DNA from: an uncultured Candidatus Saccharibacteria bacterium
Lineage (GTDB): Bacteria > Patescibacteriota > Minisyncoccia > Phycocordibacterales > GWA1-40-21
NCBI GenBank assembly: GCA_964416925.1
Contig: CAYQFQ010000006.1
Location: 1 to 33,980 of the forward strand
Direction: 5' to 3'
Length of the DNA stretch: 33,980 bases
The translations under genes and the position numbers were made by a program. Below, in pieces: positions 25,801-33,980 of this stretch. Positions within the stretch are counted from its first letter, which is position 1, and each line of letters begins with the position of its first letter. The notes under the pieces were generated by a model. It ran no database searches, was not told the origin of the DNA, and was given only the letters and a program-made list of their open reading frames with translations.

Positions 25801-26235
25801 TCAAACAAAAGGATTTTGTACCGGAACATACACATAACTGAACGTGATCTTGGTGACAATGGCTTGTACACACAAATCAGCGTTGCGAAGATTGTGAATC
25901 AACCCCAAATGTTGAACAAGCGATGCTTGATCAAAGATATCCAGAGTTGAACCAGAAAAATCCGCAGCCGCGAGTGACCCGATCTTTCTAATCTCAATCC
26001 TTTCGGTAAAGATAGCCTGTGCCACAGTCTCAGAAAAAATTGGCACAATTTTCCCGTTCATAATGCAGAATCGTTCTACAGCACGAACCGGAATCGTTTC
26101 TCCAACCGAGTAACCACCATCTTCGATGTGCATTCGATGCCCCGGAAGATAGATGGTCGTCACACTCTGATTCTCTATAGCTCCTCGATAAGCCCACAGA
26201 AAGATGAGTGGTAATCCAGACCTTGGATCCTTCAT
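25801..26235 (-). CDS. Hypothetical protein, possible ASCH/PUA-like domain
   Basis: AAAGGAG SD; pattern F...Y...I.....TTI..PG...Y.VGE...L...DF...L...L..I....VT.ITF resembles ASCH. The fold is a guess. Confidence 0.65.
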   Translation of the reverse strand: MKDPRSGLPLIFLWAYRGAIENQSVTTIYLPGHRMHIEDGGYSVGETIPVRAVERFCIMNGKIVPIFSETVAQAIFTERIEIRKIGSLAAADFSGSTLDIFDQASLVQHLGLIHNLRNADLCVQAIVTKITFSYVYVPVQNPFV

Positions 26236-26267
26236 TTCTGTTTCTCCTTTTGTTTAAAGTGTCCTAG

Positions 26268-26299
26268 ATTATATTAACACATATATTTGTATATGTAAA
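26268..26299 (-). promoter_or_regulatory. Probable promoter
   Basis: TTTACA, 17-nt spacer, TG-T-TAATAT, with an overlapping TATAAT. Confidence 0.55.
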
Positions 26300-26330
26300 A
26301 GGCTCAGACCAATTTGGCCTGAGCCTTTTA
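26296..26330. terminator. Bidirectional-type terminator after the His-phosphatase gene
   Basis: TAAAAGGCTCAG-N11-CTGAGCCTTTTA. Confidence 0.8.
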
Positions 26331-26338
26331 CTCTTAGG

Positions 26339-27214
26339 TTAATTTTTCATTATCATATTCTCAACCACATCCCTTGGCACAACCTGGTCAAATTCAAAAA
26401 CAACTTGTCCATCTTTCTCTTTTTTAAACGAAACCCTTACTTTTTCTTCTCCATCTGTATCACGAACAATTTCAGCATTAAAACCTTCTGCGAAGCCAAA
26501 TCCTTGGTTTCCTAGAGCGGCTACGAGGGCATCTCTCTCAGCAACACCTTTTGTGAGTTCAACAACTTTTGCCAAGAATGATTCTGTAACTGATTGATGA
26601 GACACTAAGATTCTTTCCATAATAGGCTTAACATCTTTTTCTTCATCGTTAACAATCTGTTCCCATCTAGGCATTATTTTTAAATATTTTGCTACTATTT
26701 CAGCAATTTTTGAAGCCTGACTACTATAAGACATTAGGTCTTTGCCTCCACCTATTTCTTCTGCCTTACGATCGCTTTCCTCAACAAGATATTTAAGTAA
26801 TCTCCCTTCCTTAAACGCCAACATCATTTCATCATAATATGGCCCCTTCGGAGGCAAGACAAAATCTAGTCTTTTATCAATACCCAGTTTGGAACCAAAA
26901 CCAATACCTTCATCGGCCACAGCTAACGTTTCTTCATAACCCCTCAATGGAAAATAATTTTCTTGCTTTCCTGATAGAATGTGTAAACCGGTTTCAGCTG
27001 TTCTTATTCTGCCAGAGCCAAAAACAACAGAATTAGTCTTATCTCCCTCTTCCGCTAAAGCTCCAGCATGTTCTACACCAGTCCATGCCAACCTAATATC
27101 AGTATCTGATTTAGTCTTATCATTTTCTTTTTCGTCGTGACGAAAAAATTTAAGAACTATTTTTGGTTCTTCTATTCCTTCCTTGGTCTCTGGTGCCTTG
27201 TATGTCTCGTTCAT
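26339..27214 (-). CDS. Histidine phosphatase superfamily protein (divergent)
   Basis: FFRHD (RHG variant), SGRIRTAETG and LVSHQ motifs in canonical order. Confidence 0.7.
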   Translation of the reverse strand: MNETYKAPETKEGIEEPKIVLKFFRHDEKENDKTKSDTDIRLAWTGVEHAGALAEEGDKTNSVVFGSGRIRTAETGLHILSGKQENYFPLRGYEETLAVADEGIGFGSKLGIDKRLDFVLPPKGPYYDEMMLAFKEGRLLKYLVEESDRKAEEIGGGKDLMSYSSQASKIAEIVAKYLKIMPRWEQIVNDEEKDVKPIMERILVSHQSVTESFLAKVVELTKGVAERDALVAALGNQGFGFAEGFNAEIVRDTDGEEKVRVSFKKEKDGQVVFEFDQVVPRDVVENMIMKN

Positions 27215-27225
27215 TTTTTTACGAA

Positions 27226-28518
27226 TTAATTATTAATAATTTTAATTATACCAGCATTTGCATCAACTTCAACATTATCACCGTCTTTTATAACAAGTGT
27301 TGCATTCTTTGTACCTATAACACATGGAATATTTAATTCGCGACTTATAATTGCAGCGTGACATGTAATACTACCTTCGTTTGTCACTACGGCAGAAGCC
27401 TTTTTCATTAAATAAATAAACTCAGGACGAGTCATTGAGGTCACCAATATATCCCCTTCATTAAACTCTTTTACATTTGCTGAATCCATAACTACTCTCG
27501 CAGTCCCTCGAACAATTCCCTTGTTGGCTGTAACACCCTTAATTATCTTCAAATCTGATGTGACGTCAAACATTTTTTGTGTCTCAGAATACTCACCGAG
27601 ACTAATCTGATAGCTTCTATCAGGGTTGAGCAACACAACGTAACCGCTAGTCCTCTTTATAATTTCTTCTTCAGTTGGAAGTTTATCTTGAATTAATTCC
27701 AATGGCATTATTAAAGGTAAATACCTATCTGCCAAATTAGGATATAACAATTTCGTACAACGTGTCATCACGGTTAAATATTTCATCATTGAATCTTTCC
27801 TTTCGTCACGTAACCTAATTATAAACGAAACATAATTAGCCCAGCCTTCATCAAACGTTTCAATGTTATAATTCGTCTCATCCTCATTTAAACTTTTCTG
27901 CTGTGTCTCTGTTAGTTTCTGTTTAACTTTATCTATCGGATCTGTAAAATAATAATCCGTAAACATAAACTCAATTTCTTTCGGCTCTTTTGCTTCTCTC
28001 ATCAATCTATCCCATCTTTTTTCAAAATGTTCAAACTTTGGATTTATTGCCTTTTCCCATAGTTCTTTCGATATCTTTTTCCTAAGAACTTCCTCTACCA
28101 TTTCAATATCAAGATATTCACCGTATATTGTAAATGCAAAAAACTGACTTCCTAGATCATAAGCTCTGCGCAAAGTCTCTTTCGGATCTGTTATCTTGTC
28201 GTCGTATAGCTTATTAATATTTTCTTTCACCCGGATAAATAATTTATATAATTCATCAATAGTAATCAATCCGTCAAGATAATCTTTTAATACATCAATC
28301 GAATATCCTTTAAATCTTTCATCACTAAAAACAAATATAGCATCCCTTTCTTTTCCAATCAGTAAGCACGGAGTTGTCTTTGTTTTATATAATTTTGAAA
28401 AATTTTTATCTTCACACCACGGATTCATCAACATCAAAACAGAAAGAGGTCCACGTAAAATAGCTTCTTTTTCATTATTGATTGAATTTCTAAATGTCTC
28501 CAGAAGTCCCCTGTTCAT
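27226..28518 (-). CDS. PEP-utilizing swivel (phospho-His) domain protein lacking an ATP-grasp domain
   Basis: C-terminal GVTANKGIVRG...GDILVTSMTRPE...TNEGSITCHAAIISRELNIPCVIG (His387), preceded by a ~320-aa helical region. Confidence 0.9.
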   Translation of the reverse strand: MNRGLLETFRNSINNEKEAILRGPLSVLMLMNPWCEDKNFSKLYKTKTTPCLLIGKERDAIFVFSDERFKGYSIDVLKDYLDGLITIDELYKLFIRVKENINKLYDDKITDPKETLRRAYDLGSQFFAFTIYGEYLDIEMVEEVLRKKISKELWEKAINPKFEHFEKRWDRLMREAKEPKEIEFMFTDYYFTDPIDKVKQKLTETQQKSLNEDETNYNIETFDEGWANYVSFIIRLRDERKDSMMKYLTVMTRCTKLLYPNLADRYLPLIMPLELIQDKLPTEEEIIKRTSGYVVLLNPDRSYQISLGEYSETQKMFDVTSDLKIIKGVTANKGIVRGTARVVMDSANVKEFNEGDILVTSMTRPEFIYLMKKASAVVTNEGSITCHAAIISRELNIPCVIGTKNATLVIKDGDNVEVDANAGIIKIINN

Positions 28519-28522
28519 TTTT

Positions 28523-29395
28523 TTAATTATTATAATACTCTAACAATGCTTCAATTCCAGCCTTATTCTGTTCCCATTCAATCGTCTCATGAGTTTTAAG
28601 CTCAACTGTTATTGCTGGAATATTAATTGATGCTAACCAATCTGATGCATCGCCTGTTACTACATAATTATCAAAAGTTTTTGCCACTTGATAACCGGAA
28701 GCCTTTGAATATATATTCATCAATTTAAGCGTTTCTGGTAACATTCCATTTTTACATTCTGACCCATAAACAGTATTTGATTGGCTATGCCAAAAGACTA
28801 CGGCAGATGGATTATTTTCTAAAACAAATTTCTTTATTGCTTGAGCTTCAGGTTCAGAAAAAACTTTTGTCCCAGCACTAACTTTTTTGTTCTGCCACAC
28901 AGCTTCACTTTTCCATTTACAATCAAAATTACGATTAAGATCAACATTATCTGCATTAAATCTACCCACAGCTGTGGAAGTACTTATTTCAATGTCCTGA
29001 ACTGTAAATCTTCCTTCCTTATTTACTACCGCGAAAACCCCATCTGGATTAGCTGATGGAATAACTGTAATAGAAAGACCCTTGGGAATAAATTCTGGAT
29101 TTGCACTCAAATAATCCATGAATTTATAAGCAAGGAGAACACTGTTCCATTCATAACCCCCATGAATGCCACCAATAAAAGCGATGTTTTTCTCACCACT
29201 ACCATATGTGTAACTTTCGATTTTTCTACCTTCGACAGACTGGCCAATTGTAACTATTTTAGGAGAGATATCGTTTATAACTTCAATTACCTTGACTGGC
29301 TTATTCTTGTGAACAACAAGTACAATTCCAATCGCTAAAAGAAAAAATATTACTACAGAAAAAGCAATAGTCTTTTTCGAAATATATACACCCAT
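28523..29395 (-). CDS. M14 zinc carboxypeptidase (MpaA-like), membrane-anchored, catalytic residues present
   Basis: GQSVEGR, GIHGGYE, NPDG, DLNRNF, FWHS, ITVEL; N-terminal TM. Confidence 0.9.
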   Translation of the reverse strand: MGVYISKKTIAFSVVIFFLLAIGIVLVVHKNKPVKVIEVINDISPKIVTIGQSVEGRKIESYTYGSGEKNIAFIGGIHGGYEWNSVLLAYKFMDYLSANPEFIPKGLSITVIPSANPDGVFAVVNKEGRFTVQDIEISTSTAVGRFNADNVDLNRNFDCKWKSEAVWQNKKVSAGTKVFSEPEAQAIKKFVLENNPSAVVFWHSQSNTVYGSECKNGMLPETLKLMNIYSKASGYQVAKTFDNYVVTGDASDWLASINIPAITVELKTHETIEWEQNKAGIEALLEYYNN

Positions 29396-30294
29396 TATTT
29401 AGCAATATATTTAAGGACAGCTTCAATACCGGCTTTGTTTTTATCCCATTCTATGCTTGTGTGAGTGGTTAAGAGAATACTAATTGCAGGAATATTAATC
29501 TTTGCAAGCCAGTTTGTCATATCGCCAGTTGTTTCGTAAAAATCAAAATCTTGGAATGCGGGATATGTGGAAGCCTTAGAATAAACACTTGTTAAAGCAG
29601 TCGTGGTCGCTAAAATACCATTATGACAATTTGAAGAATATACTCCACCCGCAGCACTATACCAAGCAACAACAGCCTTTGGTTGGCTTGCTTCTATATA
29701 GTTTTTGATTGCTAAAGATTCAGGTTCAGAAAATGCGGCTGTTCCACCACTTACAGTCTTATTTTGCCACTTAGCAGACGTCTGCCAGTCACAAGCAAAG
29801 TTTCTATTAAGATCCACTTCGTTTGCATTATATCGTCCAGAAGCTAAAACTGACTGAGAATCAGATACATCTGAAACTACAAATACGCTTGATGTACCAG
29901 CAACTTTATTTAAACCATCTGGATTAAGAACAGGGATAACTGTAACTTTAACATTTGAAGGTATAACTGAAGGATTTGCTTTTAAATAATCAACAGCCTT
30001 AAATCCAAGAAGTGCTGTATTCCAAGCATAGCCACCATGAATTCCACCAACAAAAATAACTTCGTTGGCACCTTCACCAAAATGATATGCAACTATATCT
30101 CTACCTTCAACAGATTTTCCAATAATTGTTTTTGTCTTATCTATAGGTTTCGTTGTTGTAGCCTTATCATCAATCTTTACTGTTGTTGATGCCGTTACAC
30201 CACTAGCAGAATCTTTTAATACTAAAGAATTTAAATAATAATACGCACCAACTCCAATAACTATAACTACTAATACAATTATTACATTTTTCAT
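29395..30294 (-). CDS. M14 carboxypeptidase paralog, probably catalytically inactive
   Basis: Same fold motifs, but GIHGGYA, AWYS and ISILL replace the Zn-Glu, Zn-His and catalytic Glu. Confidence 0.85.
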   Translation of the reverse strand: MKNVIIVLVVIVIGVGAYYYLNSLVLKDSASGVTASTTVKIDDKATTTKPIDKTKTIIGKSVEGRDIVAYHFGEGANEVIFVGGIHGGYAWNTALLGFKAVDYLKANPSVIPSNVKVTVIPVLNPDGLNKVAGTSSVFVVSDVSDSQSVLASGRYNANEVDLNRNFACDWQTSAKWQNKTVSGGTAAFSEPESLAIKNYIEASQPKAVVAWYSAAGGVYSSNCHNGILATTTALTSVYSKASTYPAFQDFDFYETTGDMTNWLAKINIPAISILLTTHTSIEWDKNKAGIEAVLKYIAK

Positions 30295-30397
30295 AATGAA
30301 TCTATTTTACCACCAATACTCTCTAATAGTAATGACTGTTATCAACAAACACTTATAATCCTTATATTTTCTATATAATTTGAGTAATAACGAATAC

Positions 30398-30426
30398 TTG
30401 ACTAATTACTTAAAAGGGTGTATAAT
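30398..30426 (+). promoter_or_regulatory. Near-consensus sigma70 promoter
   Basis: TTGACT, 17-nt spacer, TATAAT. Confidence 0.85.
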
Positions 30427-30491
30427 AGTAAAAGAGTACGAAACGGACATAGTGTCCAAATACAGAAGGCTTAGAAACGAGGAGAAGGATA

Positions 30492-30941
30492 GTGAAGATC
30501 AAGAAAGTTCTGTGTGTGTGCCACGGAAACAGTGACCGAAGCCCTGCAATGGAGGCCGTCCTCAAGATGTTTCTGAAAGACAGACATCCTGATGTGGTGG
30601 TGGAGAGTGCCGGAGCTGGACCAAGTGCGAAGAAAGGTGGAACGGCATCGATATTTACTGCCATCGCCTGCCATTTGATCGGCTTGAATATCATGGGTCA
30701 TCAGCGACGTCACGTCAGCCAGATGAATATCAGTGAGTACGACTTGATCGTTGCCACCGATGACTTCGTAGTCGCCCTGCTGTTGGAGCAAGGTGTAGAT
30801 ATTGAAAAAATCTACAACGCCAACATTCAGGGTGGTCAATGGCCGTTCAAGTTCCAGGAGGATTATAACCGCGTGTTTGAACGCATTCTCCCGGCGATGT
30901 TCACTGTCGTTACGCGTCACTTCATCCAGGAAGCGAAGTAA
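30492..30941 (+). CDS. Low-molecular-weight PTP / ArsC-fold protein (atypical)
   Basis: VLCVCHGNSDRSPAMEA P-loop, VESAG, YDLIVA; GAGGAG SD before the GTG start. Confidence 0.85.
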   Translation: MKIKKVLCVCHGNSDRSPAMEAVLKMFLKDRHPDVVVESAGAGPSAKKGGTASIFTAIACHLIGLNIMGHQRRHVSQMNISEYDLIVATDDFVVALLLEQGVDIEKIYNANIQGGQWPFKFQEDYNRVFERILPAMFTVVTRHFIQEAK

Positions 30942-30946
30942 CACAT

Positions 30947-30980
30947 AAGCCCGGACCTACGGAGGTACGAGCTTTCTTTT
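30947..30980 (+). terminator. Imperfect terminator-like hairpin
   Basis: AAGCCCGGACCT-ACGG-AGGTACGAGCTT followed by TCTTTT, between convergent genes. Confidence 0.5.
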
Positions 30981-33980
30981 ACTTAATTATTCTAACTACA
31001 CCAGTATTAGCATCAACTTCAATAAGATCACCATCTTTTATCACCTTGGTGGCAATCTTGGTACCAATAATACATGGCTTACCCATTTCTCTAGCAACAA
31101 TAGCGGCATGAGATGTTATACCACCCTGATTAGTAACAAATGCTGCAGCCTTACCCATAGAAGGAATATAATCAGGAGTTGTTTCTGGTGCAATGAGAAT
31201 CATTCCCGCCTGAACCTTAAACTGATCACTTGGCTTGAGTACAATAACAGCTAATCCACGAACGATTCCTTTGTTACCTATGGAACCCTTAAATTCTTTT
31301 ACATCTTCATGTTTGTCTAATAGACCAAAATACTTTTCCCACTCAAGTAATTCATCTCCAACAGCCACATGGTTTTGCCCTTTTATTTTTATAAAACCGA
31401 GACCTTTCTGTCGTTCACGTATCACTGCTAATATTTCATCTTTATTTTTACTTAAATCTTTAATTTCAAATGAAATAAGATAAATTAAATCATCATATTT
31501 TAGACCATTTTCTTCGGCCAGCTTTGTCATATATGGTCTAAACTTATAAGCCAATAAAGCTGAACTTTGAGCGCACTCAAGCCTCCATTTTGTTGCTCGT
31601 GCAATAATGTTGAATGCCTCAACACCACTCTCAGTTTTTTGATTTTTTGATTCTAAGCTAGCATTTTTTATTGCATCCATAAGACGACCTATACTTCTTT
31701 CATCACCCCATAAATGGTGAGTGCCGATATACTCAGTAACTTTTTGATATTCTTTTATTTTCTGAGCAAGATCTTTATCCTCCTTTTCCAATTCGCTAAT
31801 ATCAAAAGAGAGCTTTTTATTTTCTATAATTTCTTTAAATCGAGAAAGTTCTTTTTGATCATCAGTTAAAGAATTTGTCAGTTGAGGAATCATCTCGCCC
31901 ACATCCTCAATTGGAACATTGTTAAGTTTTGCATATTTCTTCAAATAGTCTTCCCCTGCTTCACCTATTGGAAAACATCCAAACCATGGGAATCTTAGCT
32001 TTGACATCAAGTCAAATGCTTTTGTGAAATCTTCTTGTGTTGGATTTGATTTAACCTTTTCCGCCATTTCTAAACATTCATTACACATTCGTTCTGCAAG
32101 ACTAAGTATTTTATTTGTAAACTTAAAATCCCCAGATTCAAATTCAGAACTTACCATTTTCACTAATTTAGGATACGATCCATCTTTTGGCATAAAGTAA
32201 TGACCATTTATTACAATAGACGCTGGATCATCCTGAGTTAACCCAAATGATTTAGCTCCTTCTGTATTACACCAATCAACCCAAATCTCGAATTCAAGAG
32301 TAGGAGAAACCCACTGACCCAAAGTAAAATATTCACTTGCATCCTTAAAAGTAAAACCTAACACAGAAAGACTTTTTTTTGCATCAGTTCCGGCGCTTTG
32401 TAATATTTTAACCTTTCCAGTGTTTGCATCCACTTCAATAAGGTCACCATCTTTAATTAATTTTGTTGCATTTTTTGTTCCAATAACACAAGGTTTTTTC
32501 ATTTCCCTAGCGATGATAGCTGCGTGACAAGATAAACCGCCTTCATCAGTAACGAAAGCTATCGCTTTTTCCATTGCTGGAACGAAATCTGGAGTCGTCA
32601 TTGATGTAACCAAAATATTACCCTGCTCAATACGATAGTTCTCTTTGGCTGAATACAGCACCCTTGCTATTCCTTGAACTTTTCCCATACAGGCGACTTG
32701 TCCGACTATTTCATCCCCCAAACTCAAACTTGATTCAACAATATCTTTTATTTCTTTAGCTCTCTTTGGTGCAAGGTCGTAAAATTCATTATCTAAGATA
32801 ACAAAACTATAAGTTTCTTTTCTTTTTTCAATCAATTCTAAATCAACTTTTTTATCTAGAAGTAAATCTCTTATTTCCCAATAATATCCAAGCGCAAGAT
32901 CACTAAGAGGTATCTTTTTGCCTATCTTATAGAAAACTTCTTTTAAATTGTATCCTGCCTCAATAATACAGTCTCTCCTGATTAATCTAATATGTGGTAA
33001 CATTTGGGCACTTTTACACAAATCCACAAGCTTTTCGTTTAATTTATATTTCTCAATTATATCTTTTTGTCGTTCTGCCAATTCCTTAAAACCTTCATTC
33101 ATCTTCTTCAACTCTTCCTTAGGATTATCAATTACAGGTATATCCTTATTGAATTCATCAAAAGACTGATATTTAAAAGAAAAAGTCTGGTCAGTTGACC
33201 ATGCGTATTTCTCATAGATTTCTTTAAGATCTTTTCCTTCCAAAATATCTATCTTCTTAAGATTCATATCAGAAGACTTCGTCGGAGAAGTAAGTAAAAC
33301 GATTGTCTCTTTAAAAAGATTGAAATCTACTTTTGGATCAATGTACTTTGCCAATTCAGCTTCAATCTGACTTAACATCCATTTTTCTGGAGCCGCACAA
33401 GGCCATAGATGACTCATTATCTTTAAAGATTTCTCAATAAATGAATCGTAAACGTTAATCAAATCATCTGAATTTTTTTGTTCTTTAGACCAAGAAATAA
33501 ATTCTAAACAATCTTTTTCTACTTTTTCAAAATATCTGTTAAAAAATGTATTATCTTTTTGGGCTTTTTGTAAAATAATATCCTCCAATTTCTTAAGATC
33601 ATTTTCACAATAATAAATATCATTATCCAAAACAATATGAACCGCCATTCTACTGTCAAAATCTAATTCCGGATTATTTAAGGTTGATCCAATTCTCATG
33701 ATTGAATTGAAAAGCGGACTATTATTCCTTCGAACGATCTTTGCAAGTTTAAGTTTTTTAATATCTGGATCTTTAGATATAAGTCTAATTCCATTTTTTT
33801 CATCAACAACAATCTCAGACTTTAATTCTCCCCCCTCCACACACACCCCACTTTCATTTGTCGGAGTCACTACCTTCTGAAGTGTTGTAATCGGTCTTGA
33901 TTGAACAATGTAGAATTTGTTCTTCTCGAATGCCCATTCAATATCACAAGGGAAACCATAGTGATTCTCAATTCTCATGA
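30979..33980 (-). CDS. Large PEP-synthase/rifampin-phosphotransferase-like protein with two tandem helical+swivel modules; 5' end outside the window
   Basis: Begins with the C-terminal end of the PPDK/PpsA ATP-grasp domain (DIEWAF...YIVQSRPITTL). Swivel 1 is GGLSCHAAIIARE (His485 of the visible ORF) and swivel 2 is GGITSHAAIVARE (His957). No PEP/pyruvate TIM barrel. Confidence 0.9.
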   Translation of the reverse strand, partial: MRIENHYGFPCDIEWAFEKNKFYIVQSRPITTLQKVVTPTNESGVCVEGGELKSEIVVDEKNGIRLISKDPDIKKLKLAKIVRRNNSPLFNSIMRIGSTLNNPELDFDSRMAVHIVLDNDIYYCENDLKKLEDIILQKAQKDNTFFNRYFEKVEKDCLEFISWSKEQKNSDDLINVYDSFIEKSLKIMSHLWPCAAPEKWMLSQIEAELAKYIDPKVDFNLFKETIVLLTSPTKSSDMNLKKIDILEGKDLKEIYEKYAWSTDQTFSFKYQSFDEFNKDIPVIDNPKEELKKMNEGFKELAERQKDIIEKYKLNEKLVDLCKSAQMLPHIRLIRRDCIIEAGYNLKEVFYKIGKKIPLSDLALGYYWEIRDLLLDKKVDLELIEKRKETYSFVILDNEFYDLAPKRAKEIKDIVESSLSLGDEIVGQVACMGKVQGIARVLYSAKENYRIEQGNILVTSMTTPDFVPAMEKAIAFVTDEGGLSCHAAIIAREMKKPCVIGTKNATKLIKDGDLIEVDANTGKVKILQSAGTDAKKSLSVLGFTFKDASEYFTLGQWVSPTLEFEIWVDWCNTEGAKSFGLTQDDPASIVINGHYFMPKDGSYPKLVKMVSSEFESGDFKFTNKILSLAERMCNECLEMAEKVKSNPTQEDFTKAFDLMSKLRFPWFGCFPIGEAGEDYLKKYAKLNNVPIEDVGEMIPQLTNSLTDDQKELSRFKEIIENKKLSFDISELEKEDKDLAQKIKEYQKVTEYIGTHHLWGDERSIGRLMDAIKNASLESKNQKTESGVEAFNIIARATKWRLECAQSSALLAYKFRPYMTKLAEENGLKYDDLIYLISFEIKDLSKNKDEILAVIRERQKGLGFIKIKGQNHVAVGDELLEWEKYFGLLDKHEDVKEFKGSIGNKGIVRGLAVIVLKPSDQFKVQAGMILIAPETTPDYIPSMGKAAAFVTNQGGITSHAAIVAREMGKPCIIGTKIATKVIKDGDLIEVDANTGVVRIIK

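Noticed and set aside
30410-30944. Minus-strand ORFs 30471-30944 and 30410-30694
   Set aside because: Antisense shadows of the LMW-PTP gene, which has the promoter, SD and a recognisable motif.
146-33880. Numerous 60-150 aa plus-strand ORFs overlapping dnaK, dnaJ, alaS, ychF, rpsK and others
   Set aside because: Antisense shadows of well-supported genes with Ser/Phe/Ile-rich composition typical of reverse frames.
27226-33980. Calling the swivel proteins ppsA, ppdK or rph
   Set aside because: There is no PEP/pyruvate-binding barrel, and rifampin specificity cannot be inferred from the divergent helical domains.
1-33980. Alternative genetic code (TGA=Gly, code 25)
   Set aside because: Long conserved genes are intact under code 11 and TGA ends several genes at the expected positions.

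Overview
AT-rich bacterial chromosomal segment, almost entirely minus-strand encoded, using genetic code 11 (TGA serves as stop at 1759, 25312 and 25801). A short uL13, an AlaRS without C-Ala, a divergent FtsA-like/membrane protein pair and many short palindromic repeats point to a Patescibacteria (CPR, Parcubacteria-like) genome; this is inferred. Contents, left to right: a partial ABC transporter and an S66 LD-carboxypeptidase; a grpE-[99-aa ORF]-dnaK-[antisense permease]-dnaJ chaperone locus; two small plus-strand orphan genes; the infA-rpmJ-rpsM-rpsK-rpsD-rpoA-rplQ-rplM-rpsI cluster; housekeeping genes (nucleotidyltransferase, alaS, family 4 UDG, ATP-cone/Mrr-like nuclease, mnmA, ychF); and a right-hand accessory region. 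That region holds a receiver protein, a His-phosphatase, two rifampin-phosphotransferase-like swivel-His proteins (three swivel modules in total), an active plus an apparently dead M14 carboxypeptidase, and an atypical LMW-PTP. Best candidates for new biology: (1) a separately promoted upstream ORF before dnaK ending in a RAP arrest-like motif and followed by a stem-loop, possibly a chaperone-monitoring arrest peptide; (2) a modular multi-swivel phosphotransferase system with an apparent in-trans module and flanking phosphatases; (3) an enzyme/pseudo-enzyme M14 pair; (4) palindromic elements inserted in frame into mnmA and ychF; (5) a contrast between apparently leaderless core genes and SD-led, self-contained orphan cassettes. 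No tRNA, rRNA, CRISPR array or transposase was seen. All protein family calls come from motif recognition by eye, not database searches.
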